The translations under genes were made by a program, and so were the position numbers. Shown piece after piece: positions 29,101 to 34,798 of a DNA stretch of 64,000 bases. The DNA lies in the NCBI RefSeq assembly GCF_017940815.1, contig NZ_JAGAXX010000003.1, positions 9,963-73,962 of the forward strand, written 5' to 3'. The DNA is from Methanobrevibacter sp. GTDB taxonomy: Archaea; Methanobacteriota; Methanobacteria; Methanobacteriales; Methanobacteriaceae. The stretch's first letter is position 1; each line of letters begins with the position of its first letter. The notes beneath the pieces were generated by a model. The model made no database searches. It was not told where the DNA came from and was given only the letters and a program-made list of their open reading frames with translations.

Positions 29101-29816
29101 AGATTGTAGTGCCTGTCGTTAATGGTGTTGCAAGCATTCCAATTAATAATTTGTCTGCTGGTAATCATGATATTTCTGTTGAATATTCTGGTGATGGAAA
29201 ATATGATTCATTCCACAAATCATTAAATGGAAATGTTGCTAAAGTTACTCCTTTATCAAATGTGACTGTTCCTGGCAGTATAACTGCTGGAAAAGCTACT
29301 GGAATATCTATCAATTTACCTAAAGATGCAACTGGTTATGTTTTAGTTGATGTGGGCGGCAATAAATATTATGCAAATGCTGAAAATGGTGTTGCAAAAG
29401 TTAATATTGCTGGTTTAACTGCAGGGGATAAACAATTAGTATACAATTATCTTGGTGATGCAAAATACAATGCGTTTGAAGGAAATGTTGCTTTAAAAGT
29501 AGTTAATCCTTCTCCAGCACCTAAGAAAGCGGCTGATAAAATTGTTTTATCTTCTAAAAATGTTAAAGTTAAGAAAACTGCTAAAAAACTTGTCTTAAAA
29601 TCAACTTTAAAAATCAATGGTAAGGTTGCTAAAGGCAAAAAAGTCACCTTTAAGTTTAAAGGCAAAAAATACACTGCTAAAACTAATAAGAAAGGTATTG
29701 CTAAAGTTAAAATAAACAAAAAGGTAATTAAAAAACTCAAAAAAGGTAAAAAATATAAATTTAAAGTTACCTATTTGATAACTAAAATTACCAAAAAAGT
29801 TAAAGTTAAAAAATAG
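20133..29816 (+). CDS. giant adhesin-like surface protein (three N-terminal Pmp/beta-helix modules, Ig array with nested lectin-like domain, a fourth beta-helix module, ~14 more Ig repeats, Lys-rich C-terminus)
   Basis: 3227-aa uninterrupted ORF with signal peptide ...LLVFLIIGTVSA and INATDA(D/N)GNKVR(L/I)F three times. Contains GGAI/GGAV repeats, four NWW/NFW motifs and many (Y/K)xGD(E/D)(N/K)(Y/F) Ig-repeat ends. By hand count the last 97 aa hold about 40 Lys and 1 acidic residue. Probable start is in-frame ATT 20106. Confidence 0.9.
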   Translation: MILLVFLIIGTVSASDAQDLIASDDEVDSLSSDDGDDVLSDSESDVDDGNFASLDKAIQDVDAGGTVHLNTNVTLNDGTSGEETTYVDGMTISKDVTINGYNQVINATDADGNKVRLFTIASGAHVTLKDLTIAGASYVGAGDKIGGAITVNGGYLTLVNVNFINNYAQMTANNKLGSGAVMVYNGGTVNVTGGSFVNNTIKHDQAPNTAGGGAAINVNQGSSSLYVNGTYFENNEAIFGKISNQAGGGAIASLNSVVSIANSEFVNNRLTCDAARALAGAVYAIPNTRSSMIVNTTFRDNSAHSVSALYFRGTDYVVTGCLFENNSADDSISAQFESGGEIHHNAFVDEKISKNQYVNENKDYNWAYNWWGSNEPTDVGVDLTNWVVMSIEHDDNNIVVKLTKLNDGTELGDLALLPTMEATITGLDENKKVKIINGVGTLTLDEPITEFAGNTVTVSVNDQSLSFVINDKAKSFAYLENNIRNTSAGEIYDIKGDFQLNAGVTGEEITYAQGIVIDKDIIIDGHGLTINATDANGNKVRIFKITNGATVTLKDIILTGGSADNGGAIFVDDGTLTLNDVTFIENTATNGGAVYSVDGNVNIVNSTFVNNTATSAGAVQIEKGTIGGSVFDGNSAGAVSLGNVASANYNVFLNGQTVSGTGNFDYNWWETNSPENVGVTLNNWIVLNVTNEDTLIKVSLNTLNNGANAPNPEKFPTLPISVSWEDVVKESTLENGIATVEFDKAVTYDSNYNVSVKVLEVEVDYALKPIDSDFNNFAQLDSKIKDADENDVIDLENSVKLNDVNINEETTYKNGIIIDKSITLDGHGFTINATDANGNKVRIFNIANADVTLKNIILTSGSVASPGGAAIYINGGSLTLINVTIMDNKVTALTGAALSANNAQVTVINSSFINNTLTKTDYSALGGGAAIYLNGGSLDVDNSLFEGNAYNGYSYSSASVGGGGGAIYTTTATTNIMNSRFIRNSVVRTGGSGELVAGALLIKTGVLKGNIFEGNTATSAPNTMRVTDATAIVNYNAFIGTQTVGGSANYNANWWGTNSPSAVGVTLANWLVLSYKIDGKEISASINLLNDGNHAEEASYIPTRVANITIEGASEIVNTTNGVATVTLDNELTIGASYQANATIDSQTISFVIKPNIRDISVNIVSNATIGINGTVNVELTGIEGVNPTGTVTLWLDNNVYTIDLTDGVGTIDLGYNLDGGDYNVYIKYNGDENYVESEKIKLSSVFKVNKLNSTIKLDSDVVYKGVATYIYVSVSNDFATPTGEVTVTINGIDVTKSLVNGKVFIPVGDDLSFGIHDVIVKYGGDTKFNNMTVTLTLNVTKISVDITSELSRDTIDEGNNVTMTVTVTPDGVVYYYDKPLFSIDKTATSTSSLIKVTSASSTYYGPTASIVANGIRVTSPSSGASTLIKDSAVIFPQAGSLFQFKYVSSTNFRLYAFTGKTWASNIGYLSYSSSTYKFWPRSGTSSSFSGFEAPKEGDIFKVTIENRKMTFYVNDNVLGSVSVSNDELYFGIYTYKGSTTIVDDVKVDKFGKEPTQATYNPTTLPSGTITVKIGNIEKTVQLNSGKVSFDIGDSLTKGTYTAEIKYGGDDNYFNASTTSPQLTVKRMEMPTIEIENPETCELGKNITVSVNVSGLVDEPITGKFNVTVGDIVYTAYAENGKLTFDVGYNLTAGNHTINVYYEGDANYLFASKNASFVINAVDTTLDVTGGATIFVGNDNIISIKVNPVNGVIPTGNVTIVSKDINKTVTLDNNGEATYNIGADLTDGVHDVYVEYNGDINFNKLNTTIESMYTIVNVLYVDADEGDDENGTGFADKPFKSIKKAINTLNGNGTIVLKGLFTGSDNIGISLSKSKMMNIDIVGNDAVIDAEMTRTSMFTINKVNVRFINVTMINPASASTTNPTYGCLVNVADADYLDIINSTITDIYVQNGKSGAIYLQDYDVKLSILNSKFDHLESNGGFGLISTNSVNQGLSNARNEIYIDNSTFTNFKAYSEILIESSNAFGAGASAVITNSIFTTMKGSQATYSSFAILKSLNMSNCILSDLDFNTRWTWISVKEGNLDYNFWSSNDPDFSHLSVKPNNWIVMTWDNESAEFTVTLNTLNDGSAYENITSLDIPVTFSDNLNSSADKLDENGIATATLEKQLKVGEKVSVTISGLTMSLSFKQDIENISSGVDNAVRWENGTITINVTGRDDVIPTGNVTIWVNAVPYTVNLTDGVATLNVGDDLTVGNYISKAQYNGDENYYGSDVIEFVFNVEKANINISTVANSIEYGQKQVVVLALSSDKATGNFTVLINNKPYTVYVNDSELDLGILDAGEYEVEVTYNGDENFNVANNKTSFTISKKSISPVISFNETINVGQNQTIELSFSDYDENAVIKLEINGNIKIQSISEGKAIFNISDLKEGVYSFNVTYEGINYDADPISQAFKVSKNSLEISARSINASAGNNVSIIISGIPEDATGIVVVSIDGTVYGANLVDGEYMAIIPALKVGENTASVAFKGDDKYNPASTSVDFTVTKLEVTVDVDAEDSVIVISAPDATGELIVIVDDEIKTVPIVNGNASYSLEDASYGDHNLVVIYNGVVSHVSKFTIEKLDVGISAAADPIHVGDDAIIVVTVNETASGSVIVDGKYYGEINEGSTVITISNLASGTHTFTVKYSGDDKFKEAETTVVVMVNKTQTTPEILAESIELGDEAYIEVSLPDGATGTVTIYVGDLDPVILDLEDAKAYLYVPDLGNGTYDVRVVYSGDDFYTGSEAVSQFNVNYDIEIDGDLRYGEDGLIYIGLPDGAEGNVEVTIDDQTFTVDVEDGYAVVNVSVLDYGSHEITVAYSGDDKYPAKTITDEIFVDANIDVPDEVPYNGGEISIKLPENATGSVTVTIDGNEIVVPIVNGTANIPLDDLSLGDHDVSVVYSGDDTYKPASVNADLTVNPNIEVPDELTTGDNEIAIELPSDAEGNLTVTIDGKEIVVPVVNGVASIPINNLSAGNHDISVEYSGDGKYDSFHKSLNGNVAKVTPLSNVTVPGSITAGKATGISINLPKDATGYVLVDVGGNKYYANAENGVAKVNIAGLTAGDKQLVYNYLGDAKYNAFEGNVALKVVNPSPAPKKAADKIVLSSKNVKVKKTAKKLVLKSTLKINGKVAKGKKVTFKFKGKKYTAKTNKKGIAKVKINKKVIKKLKKGKKYKFKVTYLITKITKKVKVKK

Positions 29817-29850
29817 AGATTTTTAATCTCTATACTTTTTTTATTTTTTT
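29815..29850 (+). terminator. hairpin AGAGAT-TTTTA-ATCTCT including the TAG stop, followed by T-runs (identical to 7255-7290)
   Basis: 48-nt exact identity 29805-29852 = 7245-7292. Confidence 0.6.
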
Positions 29851-30161
29851 CATGTAGATTACTCAATTTAAAATAACTATTTTTCAATAATCTATTAATC
29901 ATATTCAATAGTGATATTAAAATTATATGATTTCAGTTGATGGTTTATATTTTAATTGATTATTATTTCAATTATTATAGCACTATTTTTCATCCCATTT
30001 TCCGATAATTTTTTACAAAAATGATCTTTTCGCCAATTTTGTTCGCTGCATCTACATCACATCAAATGTAATGCAAATTTTAAAAATAGATACTGTGAAT
30101 TATAAGATTAACCTTCAAAATTTCACAAATAAAACAATCAAATGTAAATTTAATGAAGTCT

Positions 30162-30209
30162 AAAAATAAGAAAAAGTGTGGGAGTAAATTAGTGAAAAAC
30201 TAATCTACT
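30162..30209 (-). terminator. dnaJ terminator: 11-bp hairpin (1 mismatch) containing the stop codon, followed by T-runs on the minus strand
   Basis: Arms AGTAAATTAGT (30183-30193) and ACTAATCTACT (30199-30209). Plus-strand A-runs at 30162-30175 give T-runs downstream on the minus strand. Confidence 0.45.
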
Positions 30210-31347
30210 TCATCGCATCCTTAACTCTATCAAAGAGTCCTCTTTCAACGTGTTTAATTTCATCTCCGCTGACTTCAGCGAATTCCTTAAGCAAGTCTTT
30301 TTGCTTTGAGTTTAATTTCTTAGGAACAACAACCTTGACGGTTACATACATGTTTCCTCTGCCTGAATGCCTGACGGAGTTCATACCTTGTCCCCTTAAC
30401 TTGTAGACGGTTTCGCTTTGTGTTCCTGGAGTAATCTTGAACTCGACTTCTTTTCCCTCGATTGTAGGGATACTTAACACGTCACCGAGCGCAGCTTGCG
30501 GGAAGCTGATTTGCTGTTCCATGTATAGGTGGTCTCCTTCACGAACGAACTGCTTATGGTCTTTAACATGAACTGTTACTATTAAATCTCCTTCAAGGCC
30601 TGGACCTTCACCGCAGTTTCCTTCACCGGAAACCCTTAGGTGGTTGCCTTCATCGACTCCTTCAGGAATCTCTATTTTAATGGTTTTGGATTTTCTGACA
30701 CTTCCTTTTCCACGGCACTCTTCACAAGGATCGGTAATTATCTTACCAGTTCCCCCACATTCTCTACATGGTCTCACATTAACCATTTGGCCTAGGAAAG
30801 TGTTGCTGACCTCCTTGATTTGTCCTGTTCCGCCACATGTCTTACATGTTTCAGGGTTGGAGCCAGGTTTTGATTTGGAACCGTTACATGTTGGGCATAA
30901 CTCGCTTCTTGTGATTTTGATTTCCTTTTCACAGCCGTTGAATGCCTCTTCTAAAGTAATTGGGACTTCTGTGTAAATGTCGGAACCTCTTTGAGGGCCG
31001 GTTCTTCCTCTTGTACGAGCACCTCCTCCAAAGCCGAACATGTCAAAAATGTTTCCTATGTCAAATCCTTGGAATATGTCCTCAAAGTTCACGTTTTGGT
31101 AGAAGTCTTCTGCAGTAAATCCATCCATTCCTGCATGACCGAATTGATCGTATCTTTGACGTTTTTCATCATCAGACAAGACAGCGTACGCTTCACTCAC
31201 TTCTTTAAACTTATCTTCTGCATCTGGTTCATCACAAACGTCTGGATGGTATTTTCTGGCTAATTTACGATAAGCTTTTTTAATTGTTTTTTCGTCAGCG
31301 TCCTTATCGACACCTAAAACTTCATAATAATCTCGCTTGTCTGCCAT
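30205..31347 (-). CDS. dnaJ: molecular chaperone DnaJ (Hsp40)
   Basis: J-domain DYYEVLGV...KYHPD. Four CxxCxGxG zinc-finger motifs ([32 protein letters not shown]). SD AAGGTGAACAAATG. Confidence 0.97.
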   Translation of the reverse strand: MADKRDYYEVLGVDKDADEKTIKKAYRKLARKYHPDVCDEPDAEDKFKEVSEAYAVLSDDEKRQRYDQFGHAGMDGFTAEDFYQNVNFEDIFQGFDIGNIFDMFGFGGGARTRGRTGPQRGSDIYTEVPITLEEAFNGCEKEIKITRSELCPTCNGSKSKPGSNPETCKTCGGTGQIKEVSNTFLGQMVNVRPCRECGGTGKIITDPCEECRGKGSVRKSKTIKIEIPEGVDEGNHLRVSGEGNCGEGPGLEGDLIVTVHVKDHKQFVREGDHLYMEQQISFPQAALGDVLSIPTIEGKEVEFKITPGTQSETVYKLRGQGMNSVRHSGRGNMYVTVKVVVPKKLNSKQKDLLKEFAEVSGDEIKHVERGLFDRVKDAMK

Positions 31348-31475
31348 TTGTTCACCTTAAAAAAATAATAATAGAATAAATAATAGTTTTATTTTAATTG
31401 TTAGTTTAACTATTTTTTTGATTCTGATTCTGATTTGTCTTAACCTAACAATCTAATAAAACTGTATTATTTAAT

Positions 31476-33350
31476 CTAATCGTCTTTTACTTCATAGTCT
31501 GCATCAATTGTGTCATCATCGCCGTCATTGGCACCAGCGTTAGGGTCAGCTCCAGCTTGTTGTTGTGCTTGAGCTTCAGCTTGTGCTTGTTGGTAGATTT
31601 TAGCGCCAATCTCTTGAACTACATTAGAGAGTTCATCAGACTTAGCTTTAATGGCATCAACGTCATCGCCAGCTATAAGTTCTCTTAATTCAGCTACAAG
31701 TCCTTCGACTTTAGTTTTTTCATCTTCAGACACTTGATCTTTGAGTTCATCTAAAGTTTTTTCTGAAGTGTAAATTAATGAGTCTGCGTTGTTTCTGATT
31801 TCAATCTCTTCTTGTCTTTTTGCATCAGCTTCAGCATTCATTTCTGCTTCTTTGATTTTTTCTTCAATTTCTTCATCAGATAACTTGGTTGAGGAAGTAA
31901 TGGTAATTGCTTGTTCCTTACCTGTTCCTTTATCTTTAGCAGTTACATTGATAATACCGTTTGCGTCAATATCGAAGGTCACTTCGATTTGTGGAACTCC
32001 TCTTGGTGCAGGTGGGATACCTACAAGTTGGAAACGTCCGAGGGAGGTGTTGTCAGCTGCCATTTTCCTTTCACCTTGCAATACGTTGATGTCTACTGAA
32101 GGTTGGTTGTCAGCAGCAGTTGAGAACACTTGACTTTTCTTGGTTGGAATAGTAGTGTTTCTTTCAATTAAAGTGGTTGATACTCCACCTAAGGTTTCAA
32201 TACCTAAGGATAATGGAGTTACATCTAAAAGAACGATGTCTTTAATTTCACCAGCTAATACTCCTCCTTGAATAGCAGCACCCATGGATACACATTCCAT
32301 TGGGTCGATACCACGTTCAACTGGTTTTCCTATGAATTTTTCTACGAATTTTTGTACAATTGGCATTCTGGTAGGTCCACCAACTAAGATGATTTTGTCA
32401 ATTTCTGATTTGCTCATTTTTGCATCATCTAATGCTTGTTGCATTGGTTTACCTGATTTTTCAACAATTGAATCAACGAGCTCTTCTAATTTAGCTCTTG
32501 TAAGTGAGATAATTAAGTTTTTAGGAGTGCCGTCACTTCCCATTGCAATGAACGGTAAGTTTACTTCGGTAGTTGTGGTAGTGGATAATTCGATTTTTGC
32601 TTTTTCAGCAGCTTCTCTTAATCTTTGTACTGCTTGGTCGTTATCCATTAAGTCAATACCTTCTTGTGCTTTGAACTCGTCAGCTAAGTATTTGATTAAT
32701 ACGTTATCCATATCGGTACCACCGAGTTGGGTGTCTCCGCTGGTGGATCTTACTTCAAACACTCCTCCACCGAATTCCATGATGGTTACGTCTAAGGTAC
32801 CTCCACCTAAATCGTATACCATGATGTTCATGTCATCTTCTTCAGCTTTGTCAAGTCCGTATGCGAGGCTTGCTGCGGTTGGTTCGTTAACGAGTCTTAC
32901 AACATCTAATCCAGCAATGGTACCTGCATCTTTGGTTGCGGTCCTTTGGTTGTCGTCAAAGTAAGCTGGTACGGTAATAACTGCTTTTTCAATAGGTTCT
33001 CCTAAGAATGTTTCTGCATCTTTTTTAATTTTTTGTAAGATGAAAGCGGAAATTTCTTGTGGAGAGTATTGTTTTCCGTTTACAGTAACTTTGTGGTCAG
33101 TACCCATGCTTCTTTTGATTGCACTGATTGTATTTTCTGGGTTTGTTACTGCTTGTCTTCTTGCAGGTTCTCCAACTAACATTTGACCGTCTTCTGTAAA
33201 TGCAACATAACTTGGGAAAGATTTACCATATTGGCTTGCTCCTTCTGCAGATGGGATTGTAGTTGGTTTACCTCCTACAAGCACAGATGCTGCAGAGTTA
33301 CTTGTACCTAAGTCAATTCCAATAATTTTTTCTTTTTTAGCGTCAGACAT
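31476..33350 (-). CDS. dnaK: molecular chaperone DnaK (Hsp70)
   Basis: [29 protein letters not shown] and an acidic C-terminal tail; 624 aa. Confidence 0.98.
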   Translation of the reverse strand: MSDAKKEKIIGIDLGTSNSAASVLVGGKPTTIPSAEGASQYGKSFPSYVAFTEDGQMLVGEPARRQAVTNPENTISAIKRSMGTDHKVTVNGKQYSPQEISAFILQKIKKDAETFLGEPIEKAVITVPAYFDDNQRTATKDAGTIAGLDVVRLVNEPTAASLAYGLDKAEEDDMNIMVYDLGGGTLDVTIMEFGGGVFEVRSTSGDTQLGGTDMDNVLIKYLADEFKAQEGIDLMDNDQAVQRLREAAEKAKIELSTTTTTEVNLPFIAMGSDGTPKNLIISLTRAKLEELVDSIVEKSGKPMQQALDDAKMSKSEIDKIILVGGPTRMPIVQKFVEKFIGKPVERGIDPMECVSMGAAIQGGVLAGEIKDIVLLDVTPLSLGIETLGGVSTTLIERNTTIPTKKSQVFSTAADNQPSVDINVLQGERKMAADNTSLGRFQLVGIPPAPRGVPQIEVTFDIDANGIINVTAKDKGTGKEQAITITSSTKLSDEEIEEKIKEAEMNAEADAKRQEEIEIRNNADSLIYTSEKTLDELKDQVSEDEKTKVEGLVAELRELIAGDDVDAIKAKSDELSNVVQEIGAKIYQQAQAEAQAQQQAGADPNAGANDGDDDTIDADYEVKDD

Positions 33351-33390
33351 AAAATATCACCTTATTTTTTTATAATTAATTTAATAAACA

Positions 33391-33942
33391 TTATTTTTTA
33401 CAAACTATAACTTTTGAATATTTAAGAACTTTGTCTTTGTACATGTATCCTTTCATTAACTCTTCAATAACATATCCGTTTTCAACTTCATCGGACTCTT
33501 GAACCATTAATGCTTCATGCTTGTTCAAGTCAAATTTTTCGCCTTTTGCAGGTATTTCGGATACGCCTTCTTTTGTGAGTACATCAGTAAATTTATTATA
33601 TATTAATTCGATTCCTTTTCTTAAATCTTCATCATTTTCTGTTTCTAAAGCTCTGCCGAAGTCTTCATAGCAATCTAGGAAGTCTTTGATAACGTTTTCA
33701 TTTGCGAATTTTACAAGATCTTTATTTCTTTTATCTGTAATTTTTTTGAAGTTTTCGAAATCAGCTTGAAGCCTTTGGGATAGTGAAATGTATTCCTGAG
33801 TTTCAGCTTCGGATTTTTCAAGATCGCTTTTGAGTTTTTCGATTTCTACATCTTTTTGAATTAACTCTTTTTCAAGTTCTTCAAATTTTTCTTCGAAATC
33901 TTGGGTTTCAACTTCAGTTTCGCCTTTATTTTCATCAGTCAT
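33391..33942 (-). CDS. grpE: nucleotide exchange factor GrpE
   Basis: 183 aa with an acidic coiled-coil N-terminus and a C-terminal beta domain (...GYVIEELMKGYMYKDKVLKYSKVIV). Located immediately upstream of dnaK. Confidence 0.9.
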   Translation of the reverse strand: MTDENKGETEVETQDFEEKFEELEKELIQKDVEIEKLKSDLEKSEAETQEYISLSQRLQADFENFKKITDKRNKDLVKFANENVIKDFLDCYEDFGRALETENDEDLRKGIELIYNKFTDVLTKEGVSEIPAKGEKFDLNKHEALMVQESDEVENGYVIEELMKGYMYKDKVLKYSKVIVCKK

Positions 33943-33966
33943 AGTTACACCTTTTTTAGGTTTTTG

Positions 33967-34005
33967 GAAAAACTTTTGTAATAACTCTTAACCGAGAAGT
34001 TTTTC
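33967..34005. promoter_or_regulatory. 9-bp inverted repeat GAAAAACTT-N21-AAGTTTTTC in the grpE upstream region
   Basis: Read directly. It lies 25-63 nt upstream of the grpE start codon, next to an AT-rich TATA-like stretch (34012-34024). Confidence 0.3.
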
Positions 34006-34108
34006 TTTTAGTTATTTAATATTGGTTTTTTGGGAATTTATGGACATATAGGAAAATGGTTCATCAAATAAGAGCTATTACTTCAAGTTTTTCTGAACCA
34101 AATATTAA

Positions 34109-34164
34109 AGTAACCAAAAGTTATCTTTCTCTTACATTATTATAGTAACAAAAAGTTATATAAA
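34109..34164 (+). promoter_or_regulatory. two copies of AGTAAC(C/A)AAAAGTTAT (palindromic core TAAC-N5-GTTA) 35 nt apart, the second abutting a TATA box
   Basis: Copies at 34109-34124 and 34144-34159 differ by 1 nt. TTATATAAA at 34156-34164 lies about 25-30 nt before ATG 34189, suggesting a leaderless or short-leader mRNA. Confidence 0.4.
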
Positions 34165-34188
34165 GGTTTCGATACATAATGTATAAAC

Positions 34189-34764
34189 ATGACTAATACA
34201 AACGACATTGAGAAAAATGAAAAACCTCGCAGAAATGTCAATTCACCCAGCGGTCATATAGAATTGAGAACCAATTACAATGACCCTTCCGGAGACATTG
34301 ATGTGGAGGATATCCTTGATGTAATGGGTTGTAAAACTAGAAGAGACATTATAAATCTTTTAAGAGAAGAACCTATGTTTGTAAGTGAAATCTCCAATGA
34401 ACTTGACATTGGTCAAAAAGCAATTATTGCACACTTGCGTGCAATGGAAGATATAGGGATTCTAAACTCTTCTTATAAAAAGATTTTAAGAGGTCGCCCA
34501 CGTAAATACTATGATTTGCAAAACGAAGTTAATATTCATATTACCATTAACAGAAATAACTTCGATGTACAGTTTACCGACGACATGCTCAATACATTAC
34601 AACTTCCATCAGGAGATGAATGGTCTAGATTACTGGATATTGAAAAAAGAATCGATGACGGACAACTCGAGGCAATTGATGAGTTGAAAAATCAAATCAG
34701 ATTATACGGCAACCTTTTGGAAAGGGCTGAATATATCCTTGAAAGGACCATGAAAAATAGATGA
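34189..34764 (+). CDS. ArsR/Phr-like winged-helix transcriptional regulator with C-terminal helical domain
   Basis: wHTH segment DILDVMGCKTRRDIINLLREEPMFVSEISNELDIGQKAIIAHLRAMEDIGIL...RGRPRKYY. Divergent from grpE-dnaK-dnaJ. Confidence 0.7.
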   Translation: MTNTNDIEKNEKPRRNVNSPSGHIELRTNYNDPSGDIDVEDILDVMGCKTRRDIINLLREEPMFVSEISNELDIGQKAIIAHLRAMEDIGILNSSYKKILRGRPRKYYDLQNEVNIHITINRNNFDVQFTDDMLNTLQLPSGDEWSRLLDIEKRIDDGQLEAIDELKNQIRLYGNLLERAEYILERTMKNR

Positions 34765-34769
34765 TTTTT

Positions 34770-34798
34770 GTTTGAATTAATGTTCAAACACTTTTTTT
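34770..34798 (+). terminator. hairpin GTTTGAA-TTAATG-TTCAAAC followed by a T7 run
   Basis: Read directly, between the convergent regulator gene and hypF. Confidence 0.5.

Noticed and set aside
292-29500. Possible CRISPR array or other non-coding tandem repeats among the many periodicities
   Set aside because: All periodic signals (21-nt, ~250-290-nt and ~1-kb units) are in frame within long ORFs and diverge like protein repeats. No short direct repeats with unique spacers and no cas genes are present.
32284-32964. 226-aa ORF antisense to dnaK; similar antisense ORFs at 43403-44065, 59163-59666, 63440-63880, 41238-41585 and 48364-48774
   Set aside because: All lie wholly inside strongly recognisable conserved genes on the other strand. 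They have Ser/Leu-rich composition with no recognisable motifs and are typical shadow ORFs.
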